DNA of 64,000 nucleotides from Candidatus Levyibacteriota bacterium (GCA_052034235.1 JBPOIT010000011.1:37756-101755); one strand, 5' to 3'; shown: positions 37,388 to 48,733, counted from the stretch's first letter. Numbers and translations are program-made. The notes: a model not told the origin generated them from the sequence alone.

Positions 37388-40165
37388 ATGCGTAGACTTT
37401 TTTCCTGGACTGTCATAGCTGTTTTAGCTTTTAGCTTTTTCTTTGCGTCCAGTATTATCAATTTCATCACTGATTGGTGGTGGTTTAGTGAAGTTAAATT
37501 CACAGAGATTTTCATTAAATCTTTAACAACCCAATTAATCGTTGGAGTCGGAGCTGGGCTTTTTGCTCTCATTTTTCTCCTGACAAATTTCCTCATTGCA
37601 GCAAATTCTCGAATTCCCTGGTTTGCAATTTTGCCAGAATCGCTTTTTGGCCGACCTCTCACTATCAATGATCGTGTAGTAAAGAGAATCTTTATACCGC
37701 TAAGTATTATCTTTTCTTTTCTCATTGGTTTAATCGTTTCAAGTTTTTGGCCTGAATTCCTCAAATTTTTCGCAGCAACCCCTTTCACTCAAAAAGACCC
37801 GCTTTTTAACCAAAACATAGGTTTTTACGTTTTCACTCTCCCCGTTTATTCAATTATCTTAGGAATCCTTAAAGTGCTAATTGTCGTTTCGCTTATTGGC
37901 TGCGCGCTTATTTACGTCTTACGTAGAATATTTAACTTCAAAGAAATTTTCGGCAAACTTTCATCAAAAAATGGCTTTTCATCCTTGCATGATTCAGTAA
38001 AGACGCATCACGGTGCACGTTTACACCTGGCACTTCTCCTCTCACTCTTTTTGTTAATAACCGCAGGGAGTACATACCTTTCAATATACGATTTACTTAT
38101 CACACAAAGCGGACCAGTTTTTGGAGCAGCATTTACTGACTCGACAATTCTCATTCCAATTCTCAAAGCTTCAGCATTTATCTATGTACTTACCGCAGTA
38201 TTTGCATTTCTTTATGGTATTAGCGGAAGAATTTCTCCACTTATCGGTGCCTTTGGGCTTATCATTATTACCAATGTGATCTCAGTAATAGTTCCCCCAG
38301 TTGTCCAACGATTTATCGTAGCACCAAACGAACTCGTTAAAGAAACACCTTTTATCAAAAATAATATAGCGGCAACACGAGAAGCATATAATTTGAAGAA
38401 TGTCGAGGTTCGTAGGATTTCTGCGGATCAACCGCTTACTCCTGAGGATATCGCAGAAAATAATCCCACTATTAAAAACGTCAGACTGTGGGATCGTGAT
38501 CCGCTTCTTTCTACATTCTCTCAGATTCAGGAAATCCGTACCTATTATGAATTTGCATCAGTTGATAATGATCGTTATATGCTAAATGGAGAACTTCGCC
38601 AAATCATGCTCTCACCGCGCGAACTTCAATCAAATAGTCTCCCAAACAGAAACTGGATAAATGAACACCTGACATTTACTCATGGTTACGGCATTGCGGC
38701 AGGTCCTGTAAATCAAGTGACACCAGAAGGTTTACCTGTACTTTTTGTTAAGAATCTTCCCCCGGTCACTGATGTAAAAGAACTTGCGGTAACAAGACCG
38801 GAGATCTATTTTGGAGAAATCACAAATGACTATGTCATAGTCAATTCAAGCTCGAAAGAATTTGATTTCCCCAAAGGTGAAGAAAATGTGTATGCAAAAT
38901 ATGCAGGAAAAGGCGGTGTGCAAACAGATTCGTTCCTAAAGCGACTTCTTTTTGCGATTCAGTTTAATGAATTAAAAATGATTCTTTCAAGTGATGTGAC
39001 CAACCAAAGCAGAATAATTTATAACCGTAATATTAAAGAGCGCGTCGAAAAAATTGTTCCATTCCTCACGTTTGATCGTGACCCATATCTTGTTGTTGCT
39101 GACGGCAAACTTTACTGGATACTTGATGCGTATACAACAACTGATAGATATCCCTATGCTGAACAAACTCAAACAGAGAAAGGCTCTGTTAACTACATCC
39201 GCAACTCAGTCAAAGCAGTTGTTGATGCGTATAACGGAGACGTTAACCTTTATATAGCTGACGATAAAGATCCGATTATAAAAACATACAGTACTATTTT
39301 CCCAAATTCCTTCAAGCCTCTTAGTTCAATGCCTAAGAGTTTGCTTTCACATTTACGTTATCCTGAAGATATTTTTACACTTCAAACACAAATATATACA
39401 ACCTATCATATGGATGATCCACAGATTTTCTATAACAAAGAAGATCAATGGGAAATTCCTGGAGTTTCTCCCGCTACTGGTTCAACTGAAACCACAGAAA
39501 CTGCTATGACACCACGGCACATGATTATGAAGCTTCCAAATGTTGAAAAAGAAGAATTTATTCTCATGCTTCCGTTTACACCACGGGCTAAAGATAATTT
39601 GTCTGCTTGGATGGTTGCACGAAATGACGGCGCTGAATATGGAAAGTTGCTCGTTTATGCATTCCCTAAAGATAAACTTATTTTTGGCCCCAAACAGATT
39701 GTCGGGCGAATCAATCAGGATCCTGAAGTCAGCCGCCAAATTGCACTTTGGGATCAGCGAGGTTCGCAAGTCATTCAAGGTTCCCTTCTTGTTATCCCGA
39801 TTGAAGAATCACTCGTCTATGTGCGTCCACTTTATCTTAAGGCAGAAAGTGGAAAAATTCCTGAACTCAAACGCGTCATTGTTGCTTATGAAAATAAAAT
39901 TGCAATGGAAGAAACGCTTGAGAGAGGTTTGGCAAAAATCTTTGGCGCAGGAGCAAATGAACCAGCACCGACTGTACAACCTGGTCAAGGGACACAGCCA
40001 ACTCCAACACCAGCTCAGAACACCTCCTCAACTCCTTCAAATGAAGATTTGAGTGCAGCATCAGATGCATACGATGCAGCTCTTGAAGCGCAGCGAAACG
40101 GTGATTGGGCAAAATACGGAGAAGAAATAAAACGCCTCGGAGAAATTCTTCAGCGACTAAACTAA
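37388..40165 (+). CDS. UPF0182 family membrane protein
   Basis: TDWWWFSE, DPLF..NIGFYVF, NVRLWD, YTTTDRYPY, NYIRNSVKAVVDAYNG. Confidence 0.95.
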   Translation: MRRLFSWTVIAVLAFSFFFASSIINFITDWWWFSEVKFTEIFIKSLTTQLIVGVGAGLFALIFLLTNFLIAANSRIPWFAILPESLFGRPLTINDRVVKRIFIPLSIIFSFLIGLIVSSFWPEFLKFFAATPFTQKDPLFNQNIGFYVFTLPVYSIILGILKVLIVVSLIGCALIYVLRRIFNFKEIFGKLSSKNGFSSLHDSVKTHHGARLHLALLLSLFLLITAGSTYLSIYDLLITQSGPVFGAAFTDSTILIPILKASAFIYVLTAVFAFLYGISGRISPLIGAFGLIIITNVISVIVPPVVQRFIVAPNELVKETPFIKNNIAATREAYNLKNVEVRRISADQPLTPEDIAENNPTIKNVRLWDRDPLLSTFSQIQEIRTYYEFASVDNDRYMLNGELRQIMLSPRELQSNSLPNRNWINEHLTFTHGYGIAAGPVNQVTPEGLPVLFVKNLPPVTDVKELAVTRPEIYFGEITNDYVIVNSSSKEFDFPKGEENVYAKYAGKGGVQTDSFLKRLLFAIQFNELKMILSSDVTNQSRIIYNRNIKERVEKIVPFLTFDRDPYLVVADGKLYWILDAYTTTDRYPYAEQTQTEKGSVNYIRNSVKAVVDAYNGDVNLYIADDKDPIIKTYSTIFPNSFKPLSSMPKSLLSHLRYPEDIFTLQTQIYTTYHMDDPQIFYNKEDQWEIPGVSPATGSTETTETAMTPRHMIMKLPNVEKEEFILMLPFTPRAKDNLSAWMVARNDGAEYGKLLVYAFPKDKLIFGPKQIVGRINQDPEVSRQIALWDQRGSQVIQGSLLVIPIEESLVYVRPLYLKAESGKIPELKRVIVAYENKIAMEETLERGLAKIFGAGANEPAPTVQPGQGTQPTPTPAQNTSSTPSNEDLSAASDAYDAALEAQRNGDWAKYGEEIKRLGEILQRLN

Positions 40166-40168
40166 ACG

Positions 40169-40756
40169 CTATTTGTCCTCAATATAATAACGAATTTCCT
40201 CTTTTTGTGGATTGAGTGTATTAAAAAGAAAGGTTATATCTTTATCAGAATGACGTATACATCCTGAGCTGCCTGGGTTTTCTTTTGATAAACGCGTCTC
40301 ATCACCGTTTACCCCATGAAGACCAAATGCGCCCGGTAACACCCAATTACACTGCCCACTACATTCATTATACGGTGAAGGTCCAAACGGCTCTTCTTCA
40401 ATACCTGGCACATTAAGTGTTAAAAAATATGGAGCTGTTTCAGGGTTTTCTTCAGAAGATTCTTTTTTTATAAGAACCCAATACTCTCTTCCAACCAACT
40501 GCGGCAACGGTGTCGGTCTTTCACCCGGAATCCCAGTTTTAACTTTAAATGTTTTTAAAAGTTCACTTTTTTCTTTGTCCCCTGCCACACCATAATAAAA
40601 GTATTCAACATTTGATTTCCTGTGTAACACAAACCAATGTGTTCTCTTTTCACTTATAGTCACTCTTTCAGTGTCTTTCAAATTTATAAACAAATATGCG
40701 CCAAGAGAAAGACATGCTGTAACAAATAATAAAATCCAAACACTCCATTTTTTCAT
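40169..40756 (-). CDS. L,D-transpeptidase (YkuD family)
   Basis: FGLHG...SSGCIR; N-terminal TM. Confidence 0.85.
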   Translation of the reverse strand: MKKWSVWILLFVTACLSLGAYLFINLKDTERVTISEKRTHWFVLHRKSNVEYFYYGVAGDKEKSELLKTFKVKTGIPGERPTPLPQLVGREYWVLIKKESSEENPETAPYFLTLNVPGIEEEPFGPSPYNECSGQCNWVLPGAFGLHGVNGDETRLSKENPGSSGCIRHSDKDITFLFNTLNPQKEEIRYYIEDK

Positions 40757-40837
40757 GATGCAATTATAACATTTAAGCTCAATTCTGCTATTAAACACAT
40801 TTGCCGATTTTGATTTCTCCTGCTACAATATTGCTTC

Positions 40838-41923
40838 ATGATTATTCGTCCCTTTATTATTGTCGTTTTGATTGTATTGGCAGGGTTTATTGTTGAGTTT
40901 ATTCCCCAGGAAAAGCACGAAGTTCTTTCAGCAGCACGCAGTATCACACCTACACTACCAGTTCCAACAACCACACCAATACCAGATAAAAAAATCTTAT
41001 CCAACAATTATCATATTTTTCAGTCATTTAATAACTGCGGACCAGCTTCACTTTCGATGGCACTTTCCTATTTCGGCATTAATAAATCACAAGAAGAATT
41101 AGGGCAAGAACTCAGACCATGGCAGCATCCCGAAGGCATACAAGATGATAAATCAGTAACGCTTGCAGAACTTGAAAATAAAGCTAAAGAATATGATCTC
41201 ATTGCATATCATCGCCCAAACGGCAACATAGAAATAATGGAACAACTTATTGCAGCAGATATTCCAGTCATAACTCGAACATGGCTTCATGCAGATGAAG
41301 ATATTGGCCACTACCGTGTCGTTAAGGGATACGATAAAAGTTCGCAAACTATAGTGCAGGATGATTCTTTCCAAGATAAAAATCTTGTCTATACCTATGA
41401 TGAATTTAATGAGATTTGGGAAAAATTCAACTATGAATATCTCGTAATCTTTCCAAAAGAAAAAGAGCAAATCGTCTCATCAATTTTAGGAGAAAATGTT
41501 AATAAAGAATATTCATGGGAGCAAGCAAAAAATGCAAGTTTGAATGCTACTCAAAAAGATCCGGATAATATTTATAATTACTTTAATCTATCAGTCGCAT
41601 ATTTCAATTTAAAAGAATATAAAAATGCTGTTGATGCATATGAAAAAGTTTCAACACAACTTCCCTTCCGCACTCTATGGTATCAAAGTGAACCGATTAT
41701 GGCATATTATGAAATTGGAAATTTCGACAAGGTATTTGCAATAACTGATGAAATACTAAACGGAGAAAATAGCGCATACTCTGAATTGTATTTCCTCCGC
41801 GGAAATATCTACAAAAAACAGGACAATCTCGAAGCAGCAAAAGCTGAATATGAAAAAGCAGTCTACTACAACAGTAACTACAAAGAAGCACAACTAGCTC
41901 TTCAGTCTCTTTCTTCTCAGTGA
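40838..41923 (+). CDS. C39-like cysteine peptidase with C-terminal TPRs
   Basis: QSFNNCGPAS, GHYRVVKGYD, TPR-like helices. Confidence 0.85.
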   Translation: MIIRPFIIVVLIVLAGFIVEFIPQEKHEVLSAARSITPTLPVPTTTPIPDKKILSNNYHIFQSFNNCGPASLSMALSYFGINKSQEELGQELRPWQHPEGIQDDKSVTLAELENKAKEYDLIAYHRPNGNIEIMEQLIAADIPVITRTWLHADEDIGHYRVVKGYDKSSQTIVQDDSFQDKNLVYTYDEFNEIWEKFNYEYLVIFPKEKEQIVSSILGENVNKEYSWEQAKNASLNATQKDPDNIYNYFNLSVAYFNLKEYKNAVDAYEKVSTQLPFRTLWYQSEPIMAYYEIGNFDKVFAITDEILNGENSAYSELYFLRGNIYKKQDNLEAAKAEYEKAVYYNSNYKEAQLALQSLSSQ

Positions 41924-41949
41924 AGTTCTGAGTTTTTCTTTTGAATATT

Positions 41950-43296
41950 CTATAACTTTGTGGGTAAAGAAGATATAGATGTTGAAAGTTTGTAGTCCCA
42001 ATTAGTATCGCCTATTTCTTTTTCGGTTCCAGGAATATTTATTCTGTCAGTTGTCAGGAGCCAATCTTGCATTGGGATGATGACTATTTTAGAAGGTGAA
42101 GAAATAACTTCATTTCTAAGATTTTTGGCAAACGATATATCATCTGTATACTCAATATTAATCGAAGTACCAAGTACCGTTTTTTGTTTTTGGGTTAATG
42201 ACTGTATATACCCAAGGAGCGTTTCAGTATCATGGGTTGTTGTGTACGCGACAGAATTCTCAGGATATGAATTAATAATGGAATATCGTTTATTTACCTC
42301 ATCCCCTTTTATCGCAAAACGAAAAATTCTCAGTCCAGGAATATGCATCTCTTCCATCGCTTTTCTAAGTACTTTCGTTTTATCACCGCTGTCTTCTGCA
42401 AAAATAGAAATTCCGTGATGCTGAGCATAACATACGAGTTCTGTGAAGACATCCACGCCCGGACCATTCACATATTTATCGTGCAAAGGATTTGCCATAT
42501 CTATGACACCGTATGCGAAAAAGGCTTTTGCATGATCAAATCTGAGATGATCAAAAATTGAGGCGAGGTATTTTAACCTCAGTTTCCAAAATGAAATCAC
42601 CTGCTCTTTTTGCTCATCCCAATTATAAAGTGGATGCCCCCATACTTGCCTTCCAAAATGTGTGTTAGGCGTATCAGGAATGCCTGATACAAAAGGCATT
42701 TTACCATCCGCAGTAATCTGAAAAACTTCCTGATGCGCCCACACGAGCGAACTTCTAAATGATGGATAATAAGGGATATCCCCAATTAAGACTATCCCCT
42801 TTTCAGAAGCCCTTTTATGTAACAAAATATAACTTTCATGCAATTCCCATTGCTCTTTGATATATCTTAAAATTTCTGATTTCAATTTTTCATTCCAATT
42901 GGCAACAGCATGTTCTTCTTTTTTGCTAATCATACTATCCCATAGTGTCCAGTCGTCAGTATCAAAATGATCTCTCAACGCGCAAAAAAGTGCATAATCA
43001 TGAATCCACTCGCTATGCTTCCGGACAAATAATTCGAATTTCTCTTTATCAAATGAAATTTTAGAGGCGGCATGATATTTGGGATCCAAACCTATACCAT
43101 AACTTTTGTAAGGTGATGGAACATGTTTGGTTTTTGATCCCTGTTCAAGTTGCGTTTCATGCAGTGGGAGTAGAAGCCAAGCATTTTGGTTGGTTTTTTC
43201 AAGCCAATCCAGAAAAGTCTGTGCTGAGAAAAAGTCAGACTCTGGTAGAGCAAACAGCGGCATCAGTGTCCCAACAATTTTATCCCTTTTTTGCAT
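41950..43296 (-). CDS. malQ: 4-alpha-glucanotransferase (GH77)
   Basis: SPY, DYALF, GDIP, GQ/RQVWGHPLYNW, RFDH, AED, THDT, RINIPG. Confidence 0.9.
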   Translation of the reverse strand: MQKRDKIVGTLMPLFALPESDFFSAQTFLDWLEKTNQNAWLLLPLHETQLEQGSKTKHVPSPYKSYGIGLDPKYHAASKISFDKEKFELFVRKHSEWIHDYALFCALRDHFDTDDWTLWDSMISKKEEHAVANWNEKLKSEILRYIKEQWELHESYILLHKRASEKGIVLIGDIPYYPSFRSSLVWAHQEVFQITADGKMPFVSGIPDTPNTHFGRQVWGHPLYNWDEQKEQVISFWKLRLKYLASIFDHLRFDHAKAFFAYGVIDMANPLHDKYVNGPGVDVFTELVCYAQHHGISIFAEDSGDKTKVLRKAMEEMHIPGLRIFRFAIKGDEVNKRYSIINSYPENSVAYTTTHDTETLLGYIQSLTQKQKTVLGTSINIEYTDDISFAKNLRNEVISSPSKIVIIPMQDWLLTTDRINIPGTEKEIGDTNWDYKLSTSISSLPTKL

Positions 43297-43383
43297 GAAG
43301 CTATTATACTAGAGTTGAAGGAATACGATAATAGGTAATCTCATTGACAAACTCAAGTGAATCTCGTTATTATGAAAGGGTCT

Positions 43384-44385
43384 ATGAAAATCACACTGAC
43401 CTCACGTGCACTTTTTGGAATTCTTTTCGTCCTCGCAGCACTCGTGGGAACCCCAATTGCAATTTTCCAACTTCAACAACAACAAGAAATCAGACAACGT
43501 GCTGATACTGGCATTGCTTGGTCCACAAGCCAATCAGCATCATCAAGTTGTCCCACAACCGGATCAGGAGCAATCATTACCGCCACTTTTAACAACACAG
43601 AACCTGACAGGTCAAACTATGCAATGAATGTTGTTGCGAAAGATAGACAAACTGGTAAGTCAGTTAATTTGGGTAGTATAAGGGGCGGCCAAAGTAAGTC
43701 AGGAGTTATTCAGACTGGAAGGACATCACTTAGTGCTGGCACTGTTGACTTTGCACTGACCTGGACTGATGGTCATAGCGGTATAGATAGTAGATCTGCA
43801 GGATATCAAACAATCAGCAATTGTAATACACCAACTCCAACACCACCACAAAGTGAACCTGTTTGTCCAGCTGGCACTGATCAGGTTGACGTCATAACTG
43901 GAGGTCCACTCCTTGCTAATGGGACTCCGTCGAGTAAAACACATACATTAACGCTTGATAACGCAGCCAAACTGATCTTTAGCGGATTCTTAAAAGAAGG
44001 TCATCCCGAGGATTGTCCAAATGGTCCAAGCTGCAATCAAGGCCAACTCTATGAGGAAATTACGCTTTCTGTTAATGGCACCAAGATCGGCGAAAGCACA
44101 GACACAGGCGGACCAGTTGACGCATGGGTTCCTATCGGTCCATGGGAAACATCATCAACAATAAATAAAGGCTCTGTTTCAGTCGTTATTAATCACCGTA
44201 AAAGAAGTACAAAAGGTCCAGAATCAGTAGATTACAAATTGGCAGTATGTGCACAAAAACCACAATCAACGCCAGTTCCTTCGGCTTCGCCTACTCCAAC
44301 GAAGCCAAATGATCCTACGCCAACCGTTTGCCCAACGCTGGCACCAGTAAAGAATGTCCGGATTGATTGTCCTAATTGTCCTTGA
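43384..44385 (+). CDS. Cys/Pro-Thr-rich surface protein
   Basis: TM followed by QQQQEIRQRA; TTGACA/TATTAT promoter upstream; paralogous to the next gene. Confidence 0.75.
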   Translation: MKITLTSRALFGILFVLAALVGTPIAIFQLQQQQEIRQRADTGIAWSTSQSASSSCPTTGSGAIITATFNNTEPDRSNYAMNVVAKDRQTGKSVNLGSIRGGQSKSGVIQTGRTSLSAGTVDFALTWTDGHSGIDSRSAGYQTISNCNTPTPTPPQSEPVCPAGTDQVDVITGGPLLANGTPSSKTHTLTLDNAAKLIFSGFLKEGHPEDCPNGPSCNQGQLYEEITLSVNGTKIGESTDTGGPVDAWVPIGPWETSSTINKGSVSVVINHRKRSTKGPESVDYKLAVCAQKPQSTPVPSASPTPTKPNDPTPTVCPTLAPVKNVRIDCPNCP

Positions 44386-44392
44386 ATAATGC

Positions 44393-45796
44393 GTGAAGAC
44401 TTTGACACTACATAAACTATCACCGAGAACATCACTGATAATTGTTTTGGTACTCCTTTTACTAGGAATACCTCTTGCATTGTATCAATCTCAAATCCAG
44501 CAAATTTTTAAACAATTTGCATGGCAAACATCTCAATCAGCAGCAGCGGTCTGTTCTCCTCAAAATGGTAAGATTTTTATCAGCGTTCAATTTACAAATA
44601 AAGAGACATCACGAGCCATGGATGTCACCGCTAAAGATGTGCAAAGTGGACAGGAAATAACGTTAGGAACTGTTAGACGTGGAGAGACCAAAACCGGAGA
44701 TATTATTATTGAGAAAACAAAAATCAATGCAGGCTCTGTCATTTTCAATCTCGCATGGACTGATGGCTCAAAAGGAACGGATTCTTTTACTGCCAATTAT
44801 AAAGCAGTCGATGGATGTAGCAGCCCAAGTCCCACACCCTCGGCTCCTTTCTGTCCTTCAGATGCTCCAAAAAATCAAGGTTTTTGCAGATGGGATCCTC
44901 AAAATAGCGCGGTAGAATATAAAGTTGTTATTACTGATGTTGAATCTGGAGAAAAAATAAAAGAAGAAACAGTCAAACATCCAGCTGCGGAAAGTGACTT
45001 TATTATGGAACCAAATAAAGCTTACCAATGCAGCATAACTGCGGTAAACGCATGCGGCAATAGCACACAAGTGGAAAGTCCAGAAAAAGTATGTACAGTT
45101 CCTACGCCGACGCCTTATTGTCCAGCTGAGCCACTTAAAGAATCGTCATGCGTCTGGGATCCACTGCCTGGAGCAATGTTTTATAAAGTCGAAATCCTCG
45201 ATGCAGATGAAAATGTGCTTAAAACAGAAAAGGTAAATCATCCTAACAACCGTGTGACATTCCCTTCAGAACCTGGACAAGCATACAGCTGCCGTGTTAC
45301 ACCTACCGGAAAATGCAGTGAAGGCAAACCTACCACTAGCGAACCTAAAGTCTGTGTTAATCCATCTGGGACACCTGCTCCTACAGTCACACCAACAGAT
45401 GAACCAACGCCAACTCCTACTGAGGAGCCAACGCCGACATTGACACCAACAGAAACTCCTACTCCAACCATGACGCCGACACCGACGTTAACACCTAGCC
45501 CAACACCAACAAATGCACCAACGCCAACACGTGCACCAACGCCAACACGACTACCGACGCCAACACCGCGCATAGTGCAGCAGCCGGGACAAACAATCGT
45601 GCAGCGTGGTGGTGTAAGAGTTGTACAACAACCAGGTCAGACAGTCGTACAACAGCAACCAAACAACGTTGTCGTCGTCCAGACAACACCAGGACCAACT
45701 GTTGCCCCTACTGGGGATAACACGATGCCAGTCATCGCAGGTGGAATCACACTTATCATGGCTCTCGCCGGAGCAATCCTCTTCTTCGCACTATAG
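44393..45796 (+). CDS. Surface protein with FN3-like repeats, Pro-Thr stalk and C-terminal sorting-signal-like tail
   Basis: Two CxWDP...Y.V...YxCxxT repeats; (PT)n; VAPTG then TM. Confidence 0.75.
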   Translation: MKTLTLHKLSPRTSLIIVLVLLLLGIPLALYQSQIQQIFKQFAWQTSQSAAAVCSPQNGKIFISVQFTNKETSRAMDVTAKDVQSGQEITLGTVRRGETKTGDIIIEKTKINAGSVIFNLAWTDGSKGTDSFTANYKAVDGCSSPSPTPSAPFCPSDAPKNQGFCRWDPQNSAVEYKVVITDVESGEKIKEETVKHPAAESDFIMEPNKAYQCSITAVNACGNSTQVESPEKVCTVPTPTPYCPAEPLKESSCVWDPLPGAMFYKVEILDADENVLKTEKVNHPNNRVTFPSEPGQAYSCRVTPTGKCSEGKPTTSEPKVCVNPSGTPAPTVTPTDEPTPTPTEEPTPTLTPTETPTPTMTPTPTLTPSPTPTNAPTPTRAPTPTRLPTPTPRIVQQPGQTIVQRGGVRVVQQPGQTVVQQQPNNVVVVQTTPGPTVAPTGDNTMPVIAGGITLIMALAGAILFFAL

Positions 45797-45837
45797 TGTC
45801 TCACAGGGTGTAGTGTTGTATCGTTCTTTTAAGAACC

Positions 45838-47241
45838 CTATGTCGTTTTTGGTGTGGTTACTAACTTCGAATACACTTTGACTATTTTCCCATTCATTTC
45901 TTCAGGTGTAACTCCACCGCCTGCATCCCGTACAACATTCGTAACCTGCGTGACCTCAGCTGTACCGATACCAACTCCTCTGGTTATAACTGGTGATATA
46001 CTAATTCTTGCACCTTCTGGGCCTATATCTGATCCCTCTGGTATAAATTCAATTCCCATCGCTGATCCAGCAGGCATGCGAAGTAATCCTCTATCACGCA
46101 AATCATAAATTCTCCGCAATACTGTGGGATTTGTAATATAGTTTTCATTAACCTCACTTTCCCTGCTGTGTTCAAAATATTTTTGGAATATTACATCAGA
46201 AAATACACCTTGAGCACATGCACCTTGCATGTATCTAATAACATCTTGTCTTTCAGAGTGAAACGCTGTTCTATGTACCCTATCTAACTGACGATCAGTC
46301 TCTACATCAATAGGCTGCAATAGGCCGTCTATAATTGTTTTCCCTTTCTTATTGTCTAAAAGATGTTCTGGAGTAAACCCTGGCAACCAGATTGTAGTCC
46401 CCATATTATCTGCAAATACCTCTGCTGTGTCCCAATATTCAGATGCAGGTGCACGAAGATCATATGCCATCTCTTGCCCAAGATAAGCACTTACCCCACC
46501 ATCATATCCTTCTTGTTTATCACGCAAATCAAGTGCTTGTTCAGGTGAATAGTTATGCCCATTTCTCCACGAGTGGACATGCAATCTATAAATAGAACGC
46601 AAACCACCATCTTTTACTGAATATGAACGATTAATTCCCATTTTGACATCTCTCTGTTCTCCATCTTCTACACCTTCTTCATTTAATTTCTGCAAATGTT
46701 GCAGCATATTAACTTGCTGTTTTAAATAGAGATTCTTTGCATAATTCGGCAAATTGGGTAAACCATCCACATCCTCTTTAAAATACATATACATCATATG
46801 ATGAGGTCCATAAGTACTTACTGGAACAATCCATGCTCCATCGATGCTGTTAAAGAGTGTTTCATCAACTGTTTCTTTCTTGCGACCGTCAGCAGCAGTT
46901 GTCGTTTCTCTGAATTTTGTGACTCCTTCATCTGTAACGAGATACTGCGTGACTCGATTTTCAACCGATTCTGTTACTAGACCAGCAACAGTTCCTTCTC
47001 TATCGTGCACGGCAACTGCGTTATTGAGAAGACTTAATTTTGCTTTTCTTGCACGTTCAATACTCTCTGCTGGTGTTACCTTTTCAGATGTAAATCCTGT
47101 GGGGAAAATTTGTGAGGGAGTCACAATTGAGTCAGTAGTAATAAGTAATTTTTCACCTATATGACTCCCTAAAGGAGGCATGCCATCCCGCTGCCGTACT
47201 GGCGATTGCTCTTTTGATCCAACTTCTATTCTTGTTGCCAT
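45838..47241 (-). CDS. Hypothetical protein (HxH motif RLHVHSW)
   Basis: 467-aa ORF; no family recognised. Confidence 0.6.
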   Translation of the reverse strand: MATRIEVGSKEQSPVRQRDGMPPLGSHIGEKLLITTDSIVTPSQIFPTGFTSEKVTPAESIERARKAKLSLLNNAVAVHDREGTVAGLVTESVENRVTQYLVTDEGVTKFRETTTAADGRKKETVDETLFNSIDGAWIVPVSTYGPHHMMYMYFKEDVDGLPNLPNYAKNLYLKQQVNMLQHLQKLNEEGVEDGEQRDVKMGINRSYSVKDGGLRSIYRLHVHSWRNGHNYSPEQALDLRDKQEGYDGGVSAYLGQEMAYDLRAPASEYWDTAEVFADNMGTTIWLPGFTPEHLLDNKKGKTIIDGLLQPIDVETDRQLDRVHRTAFHSERQDVIRYMQGACAQGVFSDVIFQKYFEHSRESEVNENYITNPTVLRRIYDLRDRGLLRMPAGSAMGIEFIPEGSDIGPEGARISISPVITRGVGIGTAEVTQVTNVVRDAGGGVTPEEMNGKIVKVYSKLVTTPKTT

Positions 47242-47308
47242 AATTGTCTATAGGCCTATATTATAGCAACTCTTCAATAAAATACCTGACAATCCTGACA
47301 TTATTTGC

Positions 47309-47944
47309 TTAATTTTTGCATATGTTATCTTCCCAAAGACCCCTTTTATATGTTTGGGCTTGCTGTTGTGCTCGTTTGTATTCAGTTTGATATCGATAGG
47401 GCAAATCGTAAGTATACTCATAGCCGAATCCCTCCTGAATTGCCACCTTGCCATAATCTGAATTATCTTCTAAAAACACAAATCTTAAAAGCCTTCCATA
47501 TTTGTCACGTTCAGATTGGCTTGCATCTGGTTCAAGATAGACTGTTTTTCCGCTTAGTGTTTGTTTTGCAAACGCTGAAGCTTCCCGCCCAAAACATTCT
47601 ACCCCTTTTCTTGGATCAACTGTTTCAGGCGTATTTAAACCGATAATTCTAATGGTATCCGTTGTTCCATTTATCGAAACCGTAATCGTATCGCCGTCAA
47701 CAACTTTTACGACGTGAGCAATTTGCCTTTCAACTTTTGCTCCCTCAACCTTTTGATCAGCTTCTTGTTGTACTGTTTGATCCTGGACGCTTTCAGCAAC
47801 TGTAGGTACGAGGGTTGGTTTTGGAGTTAAGATCTTTGACAGAGTACTATCAGCAGTTTGTAATGAAGAATATACAAGAAATAGTAATGCGACAAGCAAT
47901 GCCAAGACGATATTTCTACCGTTGAAAAAAGTACGGACAGTCAT
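47309..47944 (-). CDS. Thermonuclease (SNase) family protein
   Basis: VVDGDT, IRIIGLNTPE, DKYGRLLRFV, KRGLW. Confidence 0.93.
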   Translation of the reverse strand: MTVRTFFNGRNIVLALLVALLFLVYSSLQTADSTLSKILTPKPTLVPTVAESVQDQTVQQEADQKVEGAKVERQIAHVVKVVDGDTITVSINGTTDTIRIIGLNTPETVDPRKGVECFGREASAFAKQTLSGKTVYLEPDASQSERDKYGRLLRFVFLEDNSDYGKVAIQEGFGYEYTYDLPYRYQTEYKRAQQQAQTYKRGLWEDNICKN

Positions 47945-47950
47945 GATAGA

Positions 47951-48733
47951 TTATTTGAGTGAGCGAAGTTTCTTGGTAAGTCGCTCTTGCACATCTGTTA
48001 AAGGCGCAAGCGAAACATGTGCAGCTTCTTTCTCATCTTCATAATAATCAAACGGATTATCAAGATCTTTAATAAGTGCAATCATGTACAGCATCAAAAA
48101 TGTGGCAATACCGACAAAAAAGACAGACTCATAAAATGGATCAAACTTCGCAAGAAGGAAGCCCAACGTTAAGAGAAATGTTGTGATTTCAGCAATGGCA
48201 TAGCCAACTGATACAAAATTAGTTTCACGGATTGTTCTCACTCGTATAATCATATTGCGAAGAGCATGTTGTTCTTGTTTGAGACGAACAATAAAGTTAG
48301 GCTGAGTTAATTTTTCGAAAGCTAAATAATAGGTATTCAAACCATTAAGTTGGTCAAAAAGTTGATTAGTATGTGCTTTTTTATAAAACCATTTATGTAG
48401 AGTACCGAGAAATTCGTTGAGATGTATGAGCGCAGCTTTTGCTTCTTTTGCCTTTTTATTTTTATAGGTAATCTCCATTTCATCACTGATTGTTTCAATA
48501 CTTGCTGCAAGCTGTCCAGGAAGACGTTCACTTTCTTTATAATCTGATAATGTGCCGGCTAAGAGAAAACCTAAGAGAAAAACATTCGCTGAAATAATAC
48601 TATTAAAAAGCGAGCTTAGTGAAATAATTTCCCATCCAAGTTCATGAACAACTAATTTCAAAACGAGAATAATGATAATAAGCGGCAAAATTTTAATTGC
48701 TAAAGTCCATTTTCGCGCGATAATATTTTTCAT
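47951..48733 (-). CDS. Membrane protein, bestrophin-like/DUF4239-like
   Basis: Four TMs; LIKDLDNPF. Confidence 0.6.
   Translation of the reverse strand: MKNIIARKWTLAIKILPLIIIILVLKLVVHELGWEIISLSSLFNSIISANVFLLGFLLAGTLSDYKESERLPGQLAASIETISDEMEITYKNKKAKEAKAALIHLNEFLGTLHKWFYKKAHTNQLFDQLNGLNTYYLAFEKLTQPNFIVRLKQEQHALRNMIIRVRTIRETNFVSVGYAIAEITTFLLTLGFLLAKFDPFYESVFFVGIATFLMLYMIALIKDLDNPFDYYEDEKEAAHVSLAPLTDVQERLTKKLRSLK

Noticed and set aside
45370-45570. Repetitive ccaac/ccgac tract considered as a CRISPR array or VNTR
   Set aside because: It encodes the Pro-Thr stalk of the 44393-45796 protein; there is no repeat-spacer structure.
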